24,297 nucleotides of DNA from Clostridiales bacterium UBA1774 (GTDB lineage: Bacteria > Bacillota > Clostridia > Oscillospirales > Oscillospiraceae): contig DCGQ01000041.1 in the NCBI GenBank assembly GCA_002314635.1, positions 149 through 24,445 on the forward strand. The letters run 5' to 3'. How positions within the stretch are numbered: position 1 is the stretch's first letter; the number at the start of each line of letters is the position of its first letter. A model generated the notes under the pieces. That model did no database searches and was not told where the DNA came from. It saw nothing but the letters and a program-made list of their open reading frames with translations. This document shows, in pieces, positions 1 through 8,451 of this stretch. Both the position numbers and the translations under genes were made by a program.

Positions 1-250
1 GCGGCTGTTCCGGCAGATAGCCGATTCTGCGCTTCGCTTCCCGGGGCTGTTCAAATATGTCATAGCCGTCAATGGTCACGCTGCCCTCCGAGGCGGCCAG
101 ACAGCCGGTCATGATATTCATGGTTGTGGATTTCCCTGCGCCATTGGGGCCGAGAAAACCATAGATCTGTCCTTTTTCCACGGTGAAAGAAAGATCCGAT
201 ACCGCTGTATGGCTCCCATATCGTTTGGTCAGGTGCTGTACTTCGATCAC
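1..250 (-). CDS. ABC transporter ATP-binding protein, N-terminal part (gene continues past the window start)
   Basis: Reverse-strand translation from GTG at 248-250 gives (M)IEVQHLTKRYGSHTAVSDLSFTVEKGQIYGFLGPNGAGKSTTMNIMTGCL, with a canonical Walker A (GPNGAGKST). AGGAGG lies 7 nt upstream on the - strand. Confidence 0.8.
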   Translation of the reverse strand, partial: MIEVQHLTKRYGSHTAVSDLSFTVEKGQIYGFLGPNGAGKSTTMNIMTGCLAASEGSVTIDGYDIFEQPREAKRRIGYLPEQP

Positions 251-288
251 GAAAAGACCTCCTTACGGACTCATGTATTGCCGGTATC

Positions 289-294
289 AGTATA
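289..294 (-). promoter_or_regulatory. Putative extended -10 (TGcTATACT on - strand) for the ABC ATPase gene
   Basis: Minus strand reads ...GCTCGTGCTATACTGATACC, about 35 nt upstream of the GTG start. No good -35 was found. Confidence 0.3.
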
Positions 295-382
295 GCACGA
301 GCTTCTGAAAAATCATGCGAATTTCGGGAAGAAACTGTAACTTTCCCGTGAACCGGAGCTGAAATTCATTTCAGAAATGCCA

Positions 383-405
383 AATGGCGGCTGGCTGCCG
401 CCATT
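383..405 (-). terminator. Hairpin downstream of the MutS-like operon (AATGGCGGC-tggct-GCCGCCATT)
   Basis: Perfect 9-bp GC-rich stem with a 5-nt loop, directly after the stop at 414. The T-tract is moderate on both strands. Confidence 0.4.
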
Positions 406-413
406 TTAGTCAT

Positions 414-1910
414 TTATAATGTGATACCGCCGCGTTTCAGTGCATCCTCTGCATGGCTGACGCCCTCCGGTTCGCCGCGCACCACATGATAGGTAAAGCC
501 GTTCTGTTCATTCAGCAGGACCCGGATGGAACCCAGCCTGCTGCCCCACGGCAGTGTCTCCGTCAGACGGCTTCGGAAAATCGCAAGTTCATGCACATGA
601 GTCACCCAGATGCCTCTGGCGCCTGCCGCCATGCAGACGGCAATCACTTCGGCGGACAGGTCCCGCGTTTCATTGGGACCGGTGCCGGTCAGCGGTTCGT
701 TGAAAAGCACCATGCTCTCCCGTTCCAGTGCGCCAACCGTCCGCGCAATGCGGGTGGCCTCCTCTGTCAGCAGTCCCCGGCGTCCGTACTGCTGGCCATT
801 GGGTGCAAATACCGTGAGGATATTCTTCACCGGACTCAGCGCGGCTCTGGCTGCCGGAACCGGGAAACCCAGCTGACCCAGAAACTGGGTCAGTGCCACG
901 CTGAGCAGGAACACCGTTTTTCCGCCCTGATTGGCACCGGTGAGCAGCAGGATCTCGCCGCCTTCCTCCATGGTCAGGCTGTTGGGCACCGCCCGCTCTC
1001 CCCCGTCCAGAAGCAGCAGCGGATCGAACATATCTGTCATGTCAAAGACCTTCCGTTCTGCCGGGCAAAGCTCCGGGAAACAGAACGCCATGCCTTTCTC
1101 CCGCCAGAGCTTCATCAGACCGGAAGCTGCCAGACAAAGCAGCACATCCTTTTTCAGGCTGCGAAGCACCGCTGTCTCCCGCAGGACAAAGGTGGAAATG
1201 TCCTGCGATGCGGAAGCCACTGCACGCTGCAGCAGCATCCCGTCCATTTCGATCGCCCGGCGGGTCAGCATCATACGCCGCTTTTCCGGCTTCTTTTTGC
1301 TGCTGACATCGCCCTGCCACGGTTCCATCTGCAGCAGCTTCACCCGCTCCGGCTTCAGGCTTTCATCCAGATCAAAACCCAGTCGCATCTTTGCCGGGGA
1401 AACAAAACCGGCGCAGAGCGAGCGAAAATCCTCAGACACGGTCTGATAGCGCAGAGATTCGTGCATTCCGGTGAGCTGCGCAGAGAGTGCCTTCATTCCC
1501 TCGCTTTTCAGCGGCAGATCCCGAAACAGTCCGTCCAGTTCCTGAACTTTTTTCAGATAACTGTCCAGCCAGCTGAAATCGTCCAGTGAGAATCCAACAG
1601 CCATGGCATCATGACCGCCCCGGCGGGAGGAACCACCCCGTCCCTCCCAGCCATCCAGACAGTCCAGCAGCCGTTCCAGCGCGGGGATCAGCGCGGGGCA
1701 GTCCCGCACATCCTGCAATACTGCCTGTCGGTATTGCAGAAGCGAAAGATCATCCGTGAACAGCTCGCTCAGATCTCCCGCCGTCAGCCGATAATAACCG
1801 GAGGGAGAGCAGAATGCCGCCAGCCGTTCGATCTGAAGATCCTCCTCCGTCTGTGTCGGCACCGGCAGCGGTGCCGGTACATATCCCGCAGGGTACAGTA
1901 AACAACCCAT
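414..1910 (-). CDS. MutS domain-V family ATPase (paralog B), no mismatch-binding, clamp or Smr domains
   Basis: C-terminal half aligns to the MutS ABC-ATPase domain. Walker A is LLLTGANQGGKTV (canonical MutS: GPNMGGKST). Signature-like motif is GLLTEEATRIA. Walker B is VLFNEPLTGT (canonical MutS: LDEIGRGT, so D is replaced by N). H-loop is VTHVHEL. SD AAGGTGA lies 6 nt before the ATG at 1910. Confidence 0.75.
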   Translation of the reverse strand: MGCLLYPAGYVPAPLPVPTQTEEDLQIERLAAFCSPSGYYRLTAGDLSELFTDDLSLLQYRQAVLQDVRDCPALIPALERLLDCLDGWEGRGGSSRRGGHDAMAVGFSLDDFSWLDSYLKKVQELDGLFRDLPLKSEGMKALSAQLTGMHESLRYQTVSEDFRSLCAGFVSPAKMRLGFDLDESLKPERVKLLQMEPWQGDVSSKKKPEKRRMMLTRRAIEMDGMLLQRAVASASQDISTFVLRETAVLRSLKKDVLLCLAASGLMKLWREKGMAFCFPELCPAERKVFDMTDMFDPLLLLDGGERAVPNSLTMEEGGEILLLTGANQGGKTVFLLSVALTQFLGQLGFPVPAARAALSPVKNILTVFAPNGQQYGRRGLLTEEATRIARTVGALERESMVLFNEPLTGTGPNETRDLSAEVIAVCMAAGARGIWVTHVHELAIFRSRLTETLPWGSRLGSIRVLLNEQNGFTYHVVRGEPEGVSHAEDALKRGGITL

Positions 1911-1942
1911 GATATATCACCTTATCCGTTATCTGATTTGTC

Positions 1943-3715
1943 TCAGGAATCGGCCCGGAAAAGTCCCATCCCGACTTTCTGCCACTCCTGACCATCCATA
2001 TGCACGTCCAGTCCGCGTTCCTGCAGCTGTTTCAGCATTTCCGGCAGGCTGACGCCTGCTTTCGCCGCGACGGCTCTGGCGTGACTGTCCGGCGGAGGCG
2101 GTGCCTCCCGCAGCTGATACAGGTAGCGGATTCCCTCCGCGCCTGTTTCCGCAGTCATGACCATACTTTTCAGCTGCCCGGAAATCCGTTTTTCCGCAAA
2201 CAGCTCCTGCAGCCGGGGCCAGATATGATTAAAATGCGTCACCAGAATGTTTGTCACTTGTTTTTCTGACAGGGATGCCAGCAGGTCGGCACAAATATCG
2301 CCGCCCTCTTTGGCGCTGGTGCTGGTCATAGGTTCATTCAGCAGCATCAGACTGTCAGCCGTCATCTGCTGCCGGAGAACACCCAGTCTCTGTACCTCCA
2401 GACCCATGCGGCTGTCCGCACCGGTCTCGCTTTCACCGGCAGCAAAGAGGGTCAGCAGTGCATCCCGGGGCGCAAAGGAGGCCTCCTGTGCCGGAAGAAG
2501 CAGCCCCAGCTGTGCCAGAAACAGCAGTTGTCCGCACAGGATGAGCCAGCAGGTCTTACCGGAGCTGTTTGGGCCTGTCACCAGAATGCTGCCGCCGGGC
2601 GCAAGGTCGATATCATTGGGAACCGGCAGCAGTCCGGTACAGGTCTGCTCCGGCAGATACGCTTTCTTTGCGGACAGCACCCGTTCCGCTCCCACTGCCG
2701 GGCTGCACAGAGGTGCGCCCTTTTCCCGCAGCTTTCGGGCGAAATCGGCGGCAGCGGTATAAAACAGCAGCGCATCCCGCAGGCTCAGAAGCGTCTCCGA
2801 AGCATCCACCGGCAGCTTCCAGACTGCTTCCCGCTGCTTTGTCAGCGTGGTACGCAGTTCATACCCCACCTCACTGAGCAGGTATTCCTGAAACAGCGTG
2901 GCGGACCCGTTCTGCGGGAAGGCAAAACCATTGGTGATGCCGCTGCGCTCTCCCTCTGCTCCCGCTCCGGCAAACATACCCGGGCGGGGATAGCTCTCCT
3001 CCCGCGTTTCCGCAACCTCCAGTCCCACAATGCCCATGTGCCCGTCCATGCACACATCAATGGCAAAGGACCCAAGGCCTTTCCAATCCCGGTCCAGTCC
3101 GTCCAGCACCGCAAGCATATGCTCCGCATTTCCGCTGCGGCAGTTTTCCTCCGCCCAGTCCCGCAGTGTCCGCAGAACCGGACTCTGCAGCGGCAGCTTC
3201 GCCATACCGTCCCGCAGCAGGCAGAGGGCCTCTGCGGTTCCCCGTGCCTGCCGTTTCCGGAACATGGTCAGACGCAGCAGCTGGGCATAGCGGTTATCCG
3301 AGGCATTTTCCTCCAGAATATCCGCACCCTGCTTGCTCAGATTTTTTTCCAGCTTCAATACGGCCTTTTTTACGCCATCCATCGCCGCATCCACTCTGGA
3401 GACCCGAAGGCCGCCCATATTGTCCTGCACACCCTTTACTGCCAGTTCCAGCTCCGCAAGCCGCTCTGTCAGCCTTTTCAGGGTCTCCGTCAGTTCTGCA
3501 TTGTCAAGCAGCTCCGCAATGGTCTGCTGTCTGATTGCAATCGTCTCCGGGTCCCGGGTCAGCATGGGATTCAGGAAGCTCAGTGCCTCCTCCCCGTTTC
3601 TGCCGGGCAGCAGGAGTGCGCCCAGCCGTTCCAGTTCCAGATCCTGTTGGGAAAGGGAGATATCCATTTCCCCGCTGTGATCCCCGTTTGGCCAGAGAAG
3701 TGTGGTTCCTGTCAT
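1943..3715 (-). CDS. MutS domain-V family ATPase (paralog A)
   Basis: Walker A ILVTGPNSSGKTC, Walker-B-like LMLLNEPMTST (again N in place of D), H-loop LVTHFNHIW. The N-terminal region shares the DL.(I/L)ERL pattern with paralog B. GGAG lies 7 nt before the ATG. A 32-bp gap to paralog B implies an operon. Confidence 0.75.
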   Translation of the reverse strand: MTGTTLLWPNGDHSGEMDISLSQQDLELERLGALLLPGRNGEEALSFLNPMLTRDPETIAIRQQTIAELLDNAELTETLKRLTERLAELELAVKGVQDNMGGLRVSRVDAAMDGVKKAVLKLEKNLSKQGADILEENASDNRYAQLLRLTMFRKRQARGTAEALCLLRDGMAKLPLQSPVLRTLRDWAEENCRSGNAEHMLAVLDGLDRDWKGLGSFAIDVCMDGHMGIVGLEVAETREESYPRPGMFAGAGAEGERSGITNGFAFPQNGSATLFQEYLLSEVGYELRTTLTKQREAVWKLPVDASETLLSLRDALLFYTAAADFARKLREKGAPLCSPAVGAERVLSAKKAYLPEQTCTGLLPVPNDIDLAPGGSILVTGPNSSGKTCWLILCGQLLFLAQLGLLLPAQEASFAPRDALLTLFAAGESETGADSRMGLEVQRLGVLRQQMTADSLMLLNEPMTSTSAKEGGDICADLLASLSEKQVTNILVTHFNHIWPRLQELFAEKRISGQLKSMVMTAETGAEGIRYLYQLREAPPPPDSHARAVAAKAGVSLPEMLKQLQERGLDVHMDGQEWQKVGMGLFRADS

Positions 3716-3736
3716 TTTTCTGCTCCATTTCTGTTA

Positions 3737-3765
3737 CAATATCTGCATTTTATACGGATATGGAA
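3737..3765 (-). promoter_or_regulatory. Sigma-70-type promoter for the MutS-like operon (-35 TTGACT, 17-nt spacer, -10 TAAAAT on - strand)
   Basis: Minus strand reads TTGACTttttttccatatccgtaTAAAAT. The -35 complement is at 3760-3765 and the -10 complement at 3737-3742. Confidence 0.45.
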
Positions 3766-3793
3766 AAAAAGTCAATTCTGTGACAGGTTCCAC

Positions 3794-3822
3794 TTGTTAA
3801 ATTTGCGATTCACTGTTATAAT
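3794..3822 (+). promoter_or_regulatory. Sigma-70 promoter for the Mop gene (-35 TTGTTA, 17-nt spacer, -10 TATAAT)
   Basis: TTGTTA at 3794-3799 and TATAAT at 3817-3822, with an exact 17-nt spacer. It is divergent from the MutS-like operon promoter. Confidence 0.55.
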
Positions 3823-3871
3823 GCTATCAGTGAAAATAGCGCATAGGAAACCACATTCTTAGTATGAAAGG

Positions 3872-6709
3872 ATGATAAGATTGGCTAAACTCACCAGAAT
3901 GGCCTTCGAGATCAATGGCGTCAACCGTTTTGTCATCGTTGATCCGGAGAAGGACAAGCTCTCCACCGTACTGCGGCGGATGGGTCTCACCGGCGTAAAG
4001 GTCGGCTGCGGCATCGGCGTCTGCGGTGCCTGCACCGTACTGATCGATGACGAGCCGGTTCGTTCCTGCACCAAGAAGATCGGCAGCATCCCCGAGAACA
4101 GCCGCATCCTCACCATTGAGGGCATCGGCGCTCCCGGTCGTCTGCATCCCCTGCAGCAGGCATGGATCACCTACGGCGGCATTCAGTGCGGCTTCTGCAC
4201 CCCTGGCTTCATCGTCTCCGCTTATGGTCTGCTGCTGAAGAATCCTAACCCCACCCGTGAAGAGGTTCGTGACTGGTTCCGCGTGCACAAGAACGTGTGC
4301 CGCTGCACCGGCTACAAGCCCATCGTGGACTCCGTCATGGCCGCTGCCGCTGTCATGCGCGGTGAAAAGACCATGGAGGACATCACCTACAAGTATCAGG
4401 GTGAGGACATCTACGGCTCCCGCTTCCCCCGTCCCACTGCTCTGGCCAAGGCTACCGGTCTTGCCGACTACGGCGATGATCTGGCCCTCAAGATGCCCGA
4501 CGGCGTTGCTTTCCTGGCTCCCGTGCTGGGCGAAGCCACCCATGCCAACATCATTGACATCGACGTGTCCGAAGCCGAGAAGATGCCCGGCGTCATCAAG
4601 GTTCTGACCGCCAAGGATGTTAAGGGCACCAATAACATTGACTTCCCCGCCGTTGTACCGCGTCAGCGCGGCAGCGGTCTGACCGAGTTCCCCATCATCT
4701 GCGGCGAGAAACTCTGCCGTCAGGGCGACGTGGTGGCTCTGGTCTGTGCCGATACCCGTGACCATGCCCGCGAGGCCGCCAAGAAGGTCAAGCAGACTCT
4801 GGAAGTTCTGCCCGCCTACATGACGCTGCCCGAGGCTGTCATGCCCAACTCCATCCAGCTGCACAAGAATGTGCCCAACTTCTACATGGAGCAGCCCTGC
4901 TACAAGGGCAATGCCCCCGAGGTCATCGAGGATGCTCCCATTGTCGTGGAAGGTGCTTTCCACAGCCAGCATGAGCCCCACCTGCCCATCGAGCCCGATA
5001 CCGTTCAGGCTTACTGGGGGGCTGACGGCATGATGACCGTTCAGTGCAAGGCTCAGGCTCTCGACGAAGCCCGCGACGGCATCGCACAGGGCTGCGGCAT
5101 TCCCAAGGAAAACGTCCGCGTGATCGAAAACACCGTCGGCGGCTCCTTCGGCTACGCTGTCACCGCCAACACCTACGCGCTGGCTGTCACCGCTGTCCAG
5201 AATCTGGATATGCCTGTCAGCATGACCCTCAGCTGGGATGAGTTCCAGCATATGAGCGGCAAGCGCAGCGCCACCTACACCAACGGCCGTCTGGCTGTCA
5301 GCAAGGATGGCAAGATTCTGGCTGCCGAATATGACTGTGGTCTGGATCACGGCGCTTACGGCGTGGTTGCCGGCAAGATCTTCAACAATCTGGTGTCCGT
5401 GGGCTTCCACGGCTACAACGTGCCCGCTTTCCGCGGTCTGGCTCGCGGCGTCGCCACCAACCAGGGCTTCAACGCTGCTTACCGTGGATTCGGCGCTCCT
5501 CAGATCTACACCTGCACCGAGGCCCTGATCGACATGGCCGCTGAGAAGTGCGGCATGGATCCCTGGGAGTTCCGCTATCAGAACGTGGCGCAGCCCGGCG
5601 ATCTGACCATCAACAGCCGTCCCTATCAGGATTACCCCTACAAGCATATGCTGGAGCTGATCAAGCCCGCTTACGACCAGTACAAGGCGGAAGCCGAGGA
5701 AGGCAAGAAGCAGGGCAAGGCTGTCGGCGTCGGCATTTCTCTGGGCGGCTTCCTCATCACCATCGGCATGTTCGACCAGGCTGAAGCAGCTCTGGAACTG
5801 ATGCCCAACGGTGATGTGACCCTGTATGACACCTGGGAAGACATCGGACAGGGCGGCGATATCGGCTCCCTGACCCATGCCGTGAAGGCTCTGGAGCCGC
5901 TCGGCATCAAGCCCAGCCAGGTTCGTCTGGTCATGAACGACTCCAAGACCTGCCCGGATACCGGCATTGCCGCCGCTTCCCGCAGCCATTACATGGGCGG
6001 CCGCGCCATCATCGACGCTGCCAACCAGTTGATGGAGGCCATGAAGAAGGCTGACGGCACCTACCGTACCTATGACGAGATGATCGCAGAGAACATCGCC
6101 GTCAAGTACATCGGTCACTATGACCAGTTCAACATCGGTCTTCCTCCCGGACTGGATCCCAACACCGGCGAGGGCGAGAAGAACCCCACCTATATGTACG
6201 CTGTCAACACCTGCCTGGTGGAAGTCGATACTGCTTCCGGCAAAACGCAGGTCAAGCGCTGGACCACCGTTGCCGACATCGGCGTCATCGGCAACCGTCT
6301 GGCTGTCGAAGGTCAGGCTTACGGCGGCCTGAGCCACTCCATCGGCTTCGCTCTGAGTGAGAACTATCTGGCTGACAAGAAGACCAGCACGCTGGCCGGT
6401 GCCGGTGTTCCCACCATCGACATGATTCCCGATGATTATAACGTGATGTTTGTTGAGACTCCCAGACCCGATGGTCCTCACGGAAGCTGCGGCTGCTCCG
6501 AGTGCTTCCAGTCCTCCGGTCATATGGCCGTCATCAACGCCATCAAGGATGCCTGCGGCGTGCGGATCTTCCAGCTGCCCGCCACTCCCGACAAGGTCAA
6601 GGCTGCTCTGGCCGACAAGGCCGCCGGCAAGGAAGAGAAGCCTGAATTCTGGTTCCTCGGCTCCGATATGGACGACGAGCTGGAGCTCATCAAGGCCAAT
6701 CCCATGTAA
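3872..6709 (+). CDS. mop: Mop-type aldehyde oxidoreductase (xanthine dehydrogenase family; N-terminal 2x[2Fe-2S] plus molybdopterin-binding domains, no FAD domain)
   Basis: N-terminus GVKVGCGIGVCGACTVLIDDEPVRSC...GGIQCGFCTPGFIVSAYGLL...CRCTGYKP matches the two [2Fe-2S] cluster motifs. Length (about 945 aa) and many blocks (GFGAPQ, WEDIGQGGDIG, YMYAVN, RPDGPHGSCGCSE) match the Desulfovibrio gigas MOP architecture. The start is ambiguous between ATG 3872, TTG 3881 (GAAAGGA is 9 nt upstream) and ATG 3899. Confidence 0.85.
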   Translation: MIRLAKLTRMAFEINGVNRFVIVDPEKDKLSTVLRRMGLTGVKVGCGIGVCGACTVLIDDEPVRSCTKKIGSIPENSRILTIEGIGAPGRLHPLQQAWITYGGIQCGFCTPGFIVSAYGLLLKNPNPTREEVRDWFRVHKNVCRCTGYKPIVDSVMAAAAVMRGEKTMEDITYKYQGEDIYGSRFPRPTALAKATGLADYGDDLALKMPDGVAFLAPVLGEATHANIIDIDVSEAEKMPGVIKVLTAKDVKGTNNIDFPAVVPRQRGSGLTEFPIICGEKLCRQGDVVALVCADTRDHAREAAKKVKQTLEVLPAYMTLPEAVMPNSIQLHKNVPNFYMEQPCYKGNAPEVIEDAPIVVEGAFHSQHEPHLPIEPDTVQAYWGADGMMTVQCKAQALDEARDGIAQGCGIPKENVRVIENTVGGSFGYAVTANTYALAVTAVQNLDMPVSMTLSWDEFQHMSGKRSATYTNGRLAVSKDGKILAAEYDCGLDHGAYGVVAGKIFNNLVSVGFHGYNVPAFRGLARGVATNQGFNAAYRGFGAPQIYTCTEALIDMAAEKCGMDPWEFRYQNVAQPGDLTINSRPYQDYPYKHMLELIKPAYDQYKAEAEEGKKQGKAVGVGISLGGFLITIGMFDQAEAALELMPNGDVTLYDTWEDIGQGGDIGSLTHAVKALEPLGIKPSQVRLVMNDSKTCPDTGIAAASRSHYMGGRAIIDAANQLMEAMKKADGTYRTYDEMIAENIAVKYIGHYDQFNIGLPPGLDPNTGEGEKNPTYMYAVNTCLVEVDTASGKTQVKRWTTVADIGVIGNRLAVEGQAYGGLSHSIGFALSENYLADKKTSTLAGAGVPTIDMIPDDYNVMFVETPRPDGPHGSCGCSECFQSSGHMAVINAIKDACGVRIFQLPATPDKVKAALADKAAGKEEKPEFWFLGSDMDDELELIKANPM

Positions 6710-6720
6710 TGGATATCTAA

Positions 6721-6758
6721 AGAGGCGTCGGTTCTTCGGAATCGACACCTCTTTTTTA
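6721..6758 (+). terminator. Rho-independent terminator after mop
   Basis: AGAGGCGTCG-gttcttcggaa-CGACACCTCT, a 10-bp stem with one mismatch, followed by TTTTTT. Confidence 0.6.
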
Positions 6759-6760
6759 GA

Positions 6761-6799
6761 AAAACCGCTGTATGCGTTTTCGGCGCACACAGCGGTTTT
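6761..6799 (-). terminator. Second hairpin (AAAACCGCTGT...ACAGCGGTTTT), terminator for the floA operon and a backup for mop
   Basis: Perfect 11-bp stem with a 17-nt loop. On the - strand the GC core is followed by UUUUUCU, and on the + strand by TTTTCTCATTTTAT. Confidence 0.5.
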
Positions 6800-6967
6800 C
6801 TCATTTTATCGGCCGTTCTTTTTTCCGCGCAGGGCCAGCGGTTTTCCCATAACCTCCGACCAGATCAGCGCAGAGCGAAGGGTTCCGGCGGTACGCCAGT
6901 CGGGTTTTTCGGTTTTCGCCTTCGCCGGACTAACAGGTGCTCCGGCCTGCTTTACCGGTGCCGCCAT

Positions 6968-7939
6968 TTACTTCTTCTCCTCTTCCGCAATGGCGTCACG
7001 CATATGGGTATCTGCAATCACATTCTGCATATTGTAGTAATCCAGCACGCCCAGATGTCCGTCCCGCAGGGCGGCAGCCATGGCCATGGGCACCTCGGCT
7101 TCGGCCTCCACCACCTTGGCCTTCATTTCCTGTGTCTTGGCCTTCATCTCCTGCTCGTTGGCGATGGCCATGGCGCGGCGTTCCTCTGCCTTGGCCTGTG
7201 CGATCTTCTTGTCGGCCTCAGCCTGATCGGCCTGCAGCTGTGCGCCGATGTTGCGGCCCACATCAATATCCGCGATGTCGATGGAGAGGATCTCAAAAGC
7301 AGTGCCTGCTTCCAGACCCTTGCTCAGCACGGTCCGGGAGATCAGGTCCGGGTTTTCCAGCACTTCCTTGTGGGTAGCTGCGGAGCCGATGGTGGTGACT
7401 ACGCCTTCGCCCACTCGGGCAATGACGGTCTGTTCACCGGCACCGCCGACCAGACGGTCGATATTGGCACGGACGGTGACCTTCGCCTTGGCCTTCAGTT
7501 CAATACCGTCCTTGGCGATGGCGGCAACCACGGGGGTCTCGATAACCTTGGGATTGACGCTCATCTGCACGGCCTCCAGCACGTCACGACCGGCAAGGTC
7601 GATGGCAGCGGCCCGTTCAAACTCCAGCGGGATATCGGCACGCTGAGCCGCGATCAAAGCATTGACCACCCGGTCCACATTGCCGCCGGCCAGATAGTGT
7701 GCTTCCAGCTTGTTGATGGACAGCTTGATGCCGCCCTTCACAGCCTTGATCATCGGATTGACGATCAGCGGCGGGGATACACGGCGAAGGCGCATTCCCA
7801 CCAGAGCAAACAAACCCACCCGCACATTGGAGGACAGAGCGCTGATCCACAGACCTACCGGAATGAACCGGAACAGCAGGATCAGGAAAAGGATAATGAC
7901 TACAACCAAAACAATCGGTATTGTGGCTAGTGCTGGCAT
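6968..7939 (-). CDS. floA: Flotillin-like protein FloA (SPFH/band-7, YqfA family)
   Basis: Near-colinear similarity to B. subtilis FloA (LWISALAAGV...LVGMRLRRV...[21 protein letters not shown]...[23 protein letters not shown]...[19 protein letters not shown]). I take the ATG at 7939 ([10 protein letters not shown]...) as the start, because AAAGGAG lies 8 nt upstream. The track's ATG at 7957 has no usable SD and overlaps the preceding gene. Confidence 0.9.
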   Translation of the reverse strand: MPALATIPIVLVVVIILFLILLFRFIPVGLWISALSSNVRVGLFALVGMRLRRVSPPLIVNPMIKAVKGGIKLSINKLEAHYLAGGNVDRVVNALIAAQRADIPLEFERAAAIDLAGRDVLEAVQMSVNPKVIETPVVAAIAKDGIELKAKAKVTVRANIDRLVGGAGEQTVIARVGEGVVTTIGSAATHKEVLENPDLISRTVLSKGLEAGTAFEILSIDIADIDVGRNIGAQLQADQAEADKKIAQAKAEERRAMAIANEQEMKAKTQEMKAKVVEAEAEVPMAMAAALRDGHLGVLDYYNMQNVIADTHMRDAIAEEEKK

Positions 7940-7943
7940 AAAA

Positions 7944-8447
7944 TTAACTCCTTTCATCTATCGGGCATACCACGATGCGGCTGCCCTCAACTTCGATAAC
8001 GCGCACCGCTGCGCCTTTATCTACAAATTCACCGCGGGTGACTACATCCATCCGTTTCCCGCTGAAATCCGCAATACCGGCGGGACGCAGCACCGTGATC
8101 GTGCTGCCGGTTTTGTCCAGCAGATCGGTATTCTCCTCGCTGGACGAAAAGCCCTGTTCCTTGTCCGTATTCTCCCGCAGAACCAGAAACCGGGGCAGCT
8201 TGCCCTTGGAGATCATTCTGGCTCCCACGACCAGAAACAGGAGGACGATGACGGCGGCAATCAGAACCAGCAGCACTCCCTGCGCTGCCGTTCTGGCAGA
8301 CAGGAGAATGTCCAGTCCCAGCGCCACAATCCCGATAACGCCCATAATCCCGAAGCCGGGTGCAAGGATCTCCGCTGTCAGAAATCCCAGACCGACCACC
8401 AGCAGGATCAGCGACCAGATGGTAAATCCGCCGAAAAACACGGGCAT
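7944..8447 (-). CDS. NfeD-family membrane protein (short form, TM helices plus C-terminal OB-fold)
   Basis: Hydrophobic N-terminal half, then a C-terminal [47 protein letters not shown] beta-barrel typical of NfeD partners of flotillins. GAAGGAG lies 10 nt before the ATG. The stop is 4 nt from the floA start. Confidence 0.75.
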   Translation of the reverse strand: MPVFFGGFTIWSLILLVVGLGFLTAEILAPGFGIMGVIGIVALGLDILLSARTAAQGVLLVLIAAVIVLLFLVVGARMISKGKLPRFLVLRENTDKEQGFSSSEENTDLLDKTGSTITVLRPAGIADFSGKRMDVVTRGEFVDKGAAVRVIEVEGSRIVVCPIDERS

Positions 8448-8451
8448 AATC

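Noticed and set aside
453-3862. Long + strand ORFs (453..1589 and 2528..3862, plus smaller ones) opposite the MutS-like genes
   Set aside because: They are antisense to SD-supported coding regions with conserved ATPase motifs. The translated products are Arg/His/Gln-rich low-complexity artefacts.
3827-6790. 987-aa ORF on the - strand spanning the whole Mop gene
   Set aside because: It lies antisense to a gene with unmistakable homology and cofactor motifs. Its translation is low-complexity Gly/Ala/Val/Leu/Asp-rich, it has no SD, and it is typical of a GC-rich antisense frame.
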